Both the position numbers and the translations under genes were made by a program. Shown here piece after piece: positions 62,901 through 64,000 of a stretch of DNA of 64,000 nucleotides. Within the stretch, counting starts at the first letter, position 1, and each line of letters starts with the position of its first letter. The notes beneath the pieces are model-generated. The model had not been told where the DNA came from. It made no database searches and saw only the letters and a list, made by a program, of their open reading frames with translations. The stretch is from the NCBI RefSeq assembly GCF_018977255.1, contig NW_024704743.1:105340001-105404000 (forward strand), read 5' to 3'. Source of the DNA: Callorhinchus milii. Lineage: Eukaryota.

Positions 62901-63188
62901 CCGCCCTACCATCAGTGGCCGGGCCTTCAGCCTCTCAGCCCCGAGGCTCTGGAACTCTATCCCCCAGTGCCTTCGCCTTGCCACCTCCCTTTCCTCCTTC
63001 AAGGCCGGTCTCAAGACCTTTCTCTTTGACCGTGCCTTCAGCTCCCCTCTCGACTCTCTACTCCCTCCTCTGCTCCCTCCTCACCCTGACCATTTCCCCC
63101 CTGCTCGGGTCCTGACCCAACTGTACAGTGTCTTGGGACGTCCTCCCGACGTGAAAGGCGCTCTATAAATGGAATCTTGTTGTTGTTG
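59958..63188 (+). mobile_element. L2-clade LINE with near-complete ORF2 (APE endonuclease + reverse transcriptase), one frameshift, and a (TTG)n tail
   Basis: APE motifs GLQNV, LTETWL, GGGVAL, YRPP, LGDFN, LDLVI, SDHH. RT motifs [48 protein letters not shown]-terminal [13 protein letters not shown] continues in a second frame to the stop at 63168. Confidence 0.97.
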
Positions 63189-64000
63189 ATGTGTCGTTTG
63201 ATGCATTTGTGTTGTTCAGAAGATCTGATTAATTAAATGAATGAATCGCCTTTTAAACTTGTGCACTGAACATTAAATATTGACGGCTACGTCTGATGAA
63301 TGTACCAATGCAATCTGTCTTTGTCAGTTTAATGAGGTGGACTTCTGTGCCATGTTGCTTTCAGAAAGCAATTGGGTTAGCTCTAGATCGATTGAGCTGC
63401 ATTTTCTATCTCACAGAAAATGGTGGATATGCCCCTGTTATTGGTAAATTTAATGAATCTTGGTAGAGAGAGAATATAATGGGATTTCCCATTATACATG
63501 CTCTCGATGGTATATTTACCAGAACTGAGAGAATAATCACCCAATCAATCAAGTTTTTGGGTGCTCAATCAGTCTTGAATTTCCAGCAGCACTGTGCACT
63601 TGCTAGTCTTGTGGGGAAAGCATTCTCTGAGTGTATCTCAAACCTGTCATTGATGACAAGTTTTGAGGACACCTTGTAACTGTGTTTTGCAAGGAGTTCC
63701 ATAAAATGAAATATGTTTAGAAATACTGAGGTTTGGAGCCAGTGATTTTTTTAAAACTTCCCTTGGTGAAAAAAAAACTTTTATAACCACAGTCAGCATG
63801 AAATAATCTCCTCTACCCACTTGGAAAATAGAGTGAGAGGTTATGGTATAAAGGGGTCTGTCACACCAGAATATCTAACCCAGCCCTTCACTCCTCACAC
63901 TTCATCTGTTTAGCTTTTCATTTGGAACTTTCAAAGAGACTTTGAAAATCTATAAATACAATCTATAAAACAAATGTGTTTCTTCAGATAAAGTCATGTA

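Overview
Eukaryotic (vertebrate) genomic DNA. The repeat content (L2 and CR1 LINEs, tRNA-headed Deu-domain SINEs, Penelope with a hammerhead motif) suggests a cartilaginous fish, possibly a chimaera; this is inference. The only protein-coding host gene I can support is RB1CC1/FIP200 on the minus strand. Its first seven coding exons (17771 down to 2105; 1331 nt, all GT-AG, phase-consistent) are present and the gene runs off the left edge. Its GC/CpG-rich 5' region (about 24.9-28.3 kb) is split by a 2.4-kb two-domain (GT)-rich minisatellite. About 0.45 kb beyond a ZNF143/Staf-like promoter site, and facing the opposite way, lies a degraded U2 snRNA gene copy that still has a PSE-like element at -59 and an octamer-like element at -211. 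The remaining 35 kb is intergenic and dominated by transposons: a nearly intact L2 ORF2 (59958-63188), a nested L2/SINE/L2 stack, a CR1 with an esterase ORF1, many SINEs, and possible hAT and Helitron relics. Several unexplained long hairpins and templated-duplication scars are also present. I see no clearly novel multi-gene system. The most unusual items are the RB1CC1-satellite-U2 head-to-head arrangement and the SINE/L2 shared 3' tails. Exon boundaries were read base by base; most repeat boundaries are approximate.
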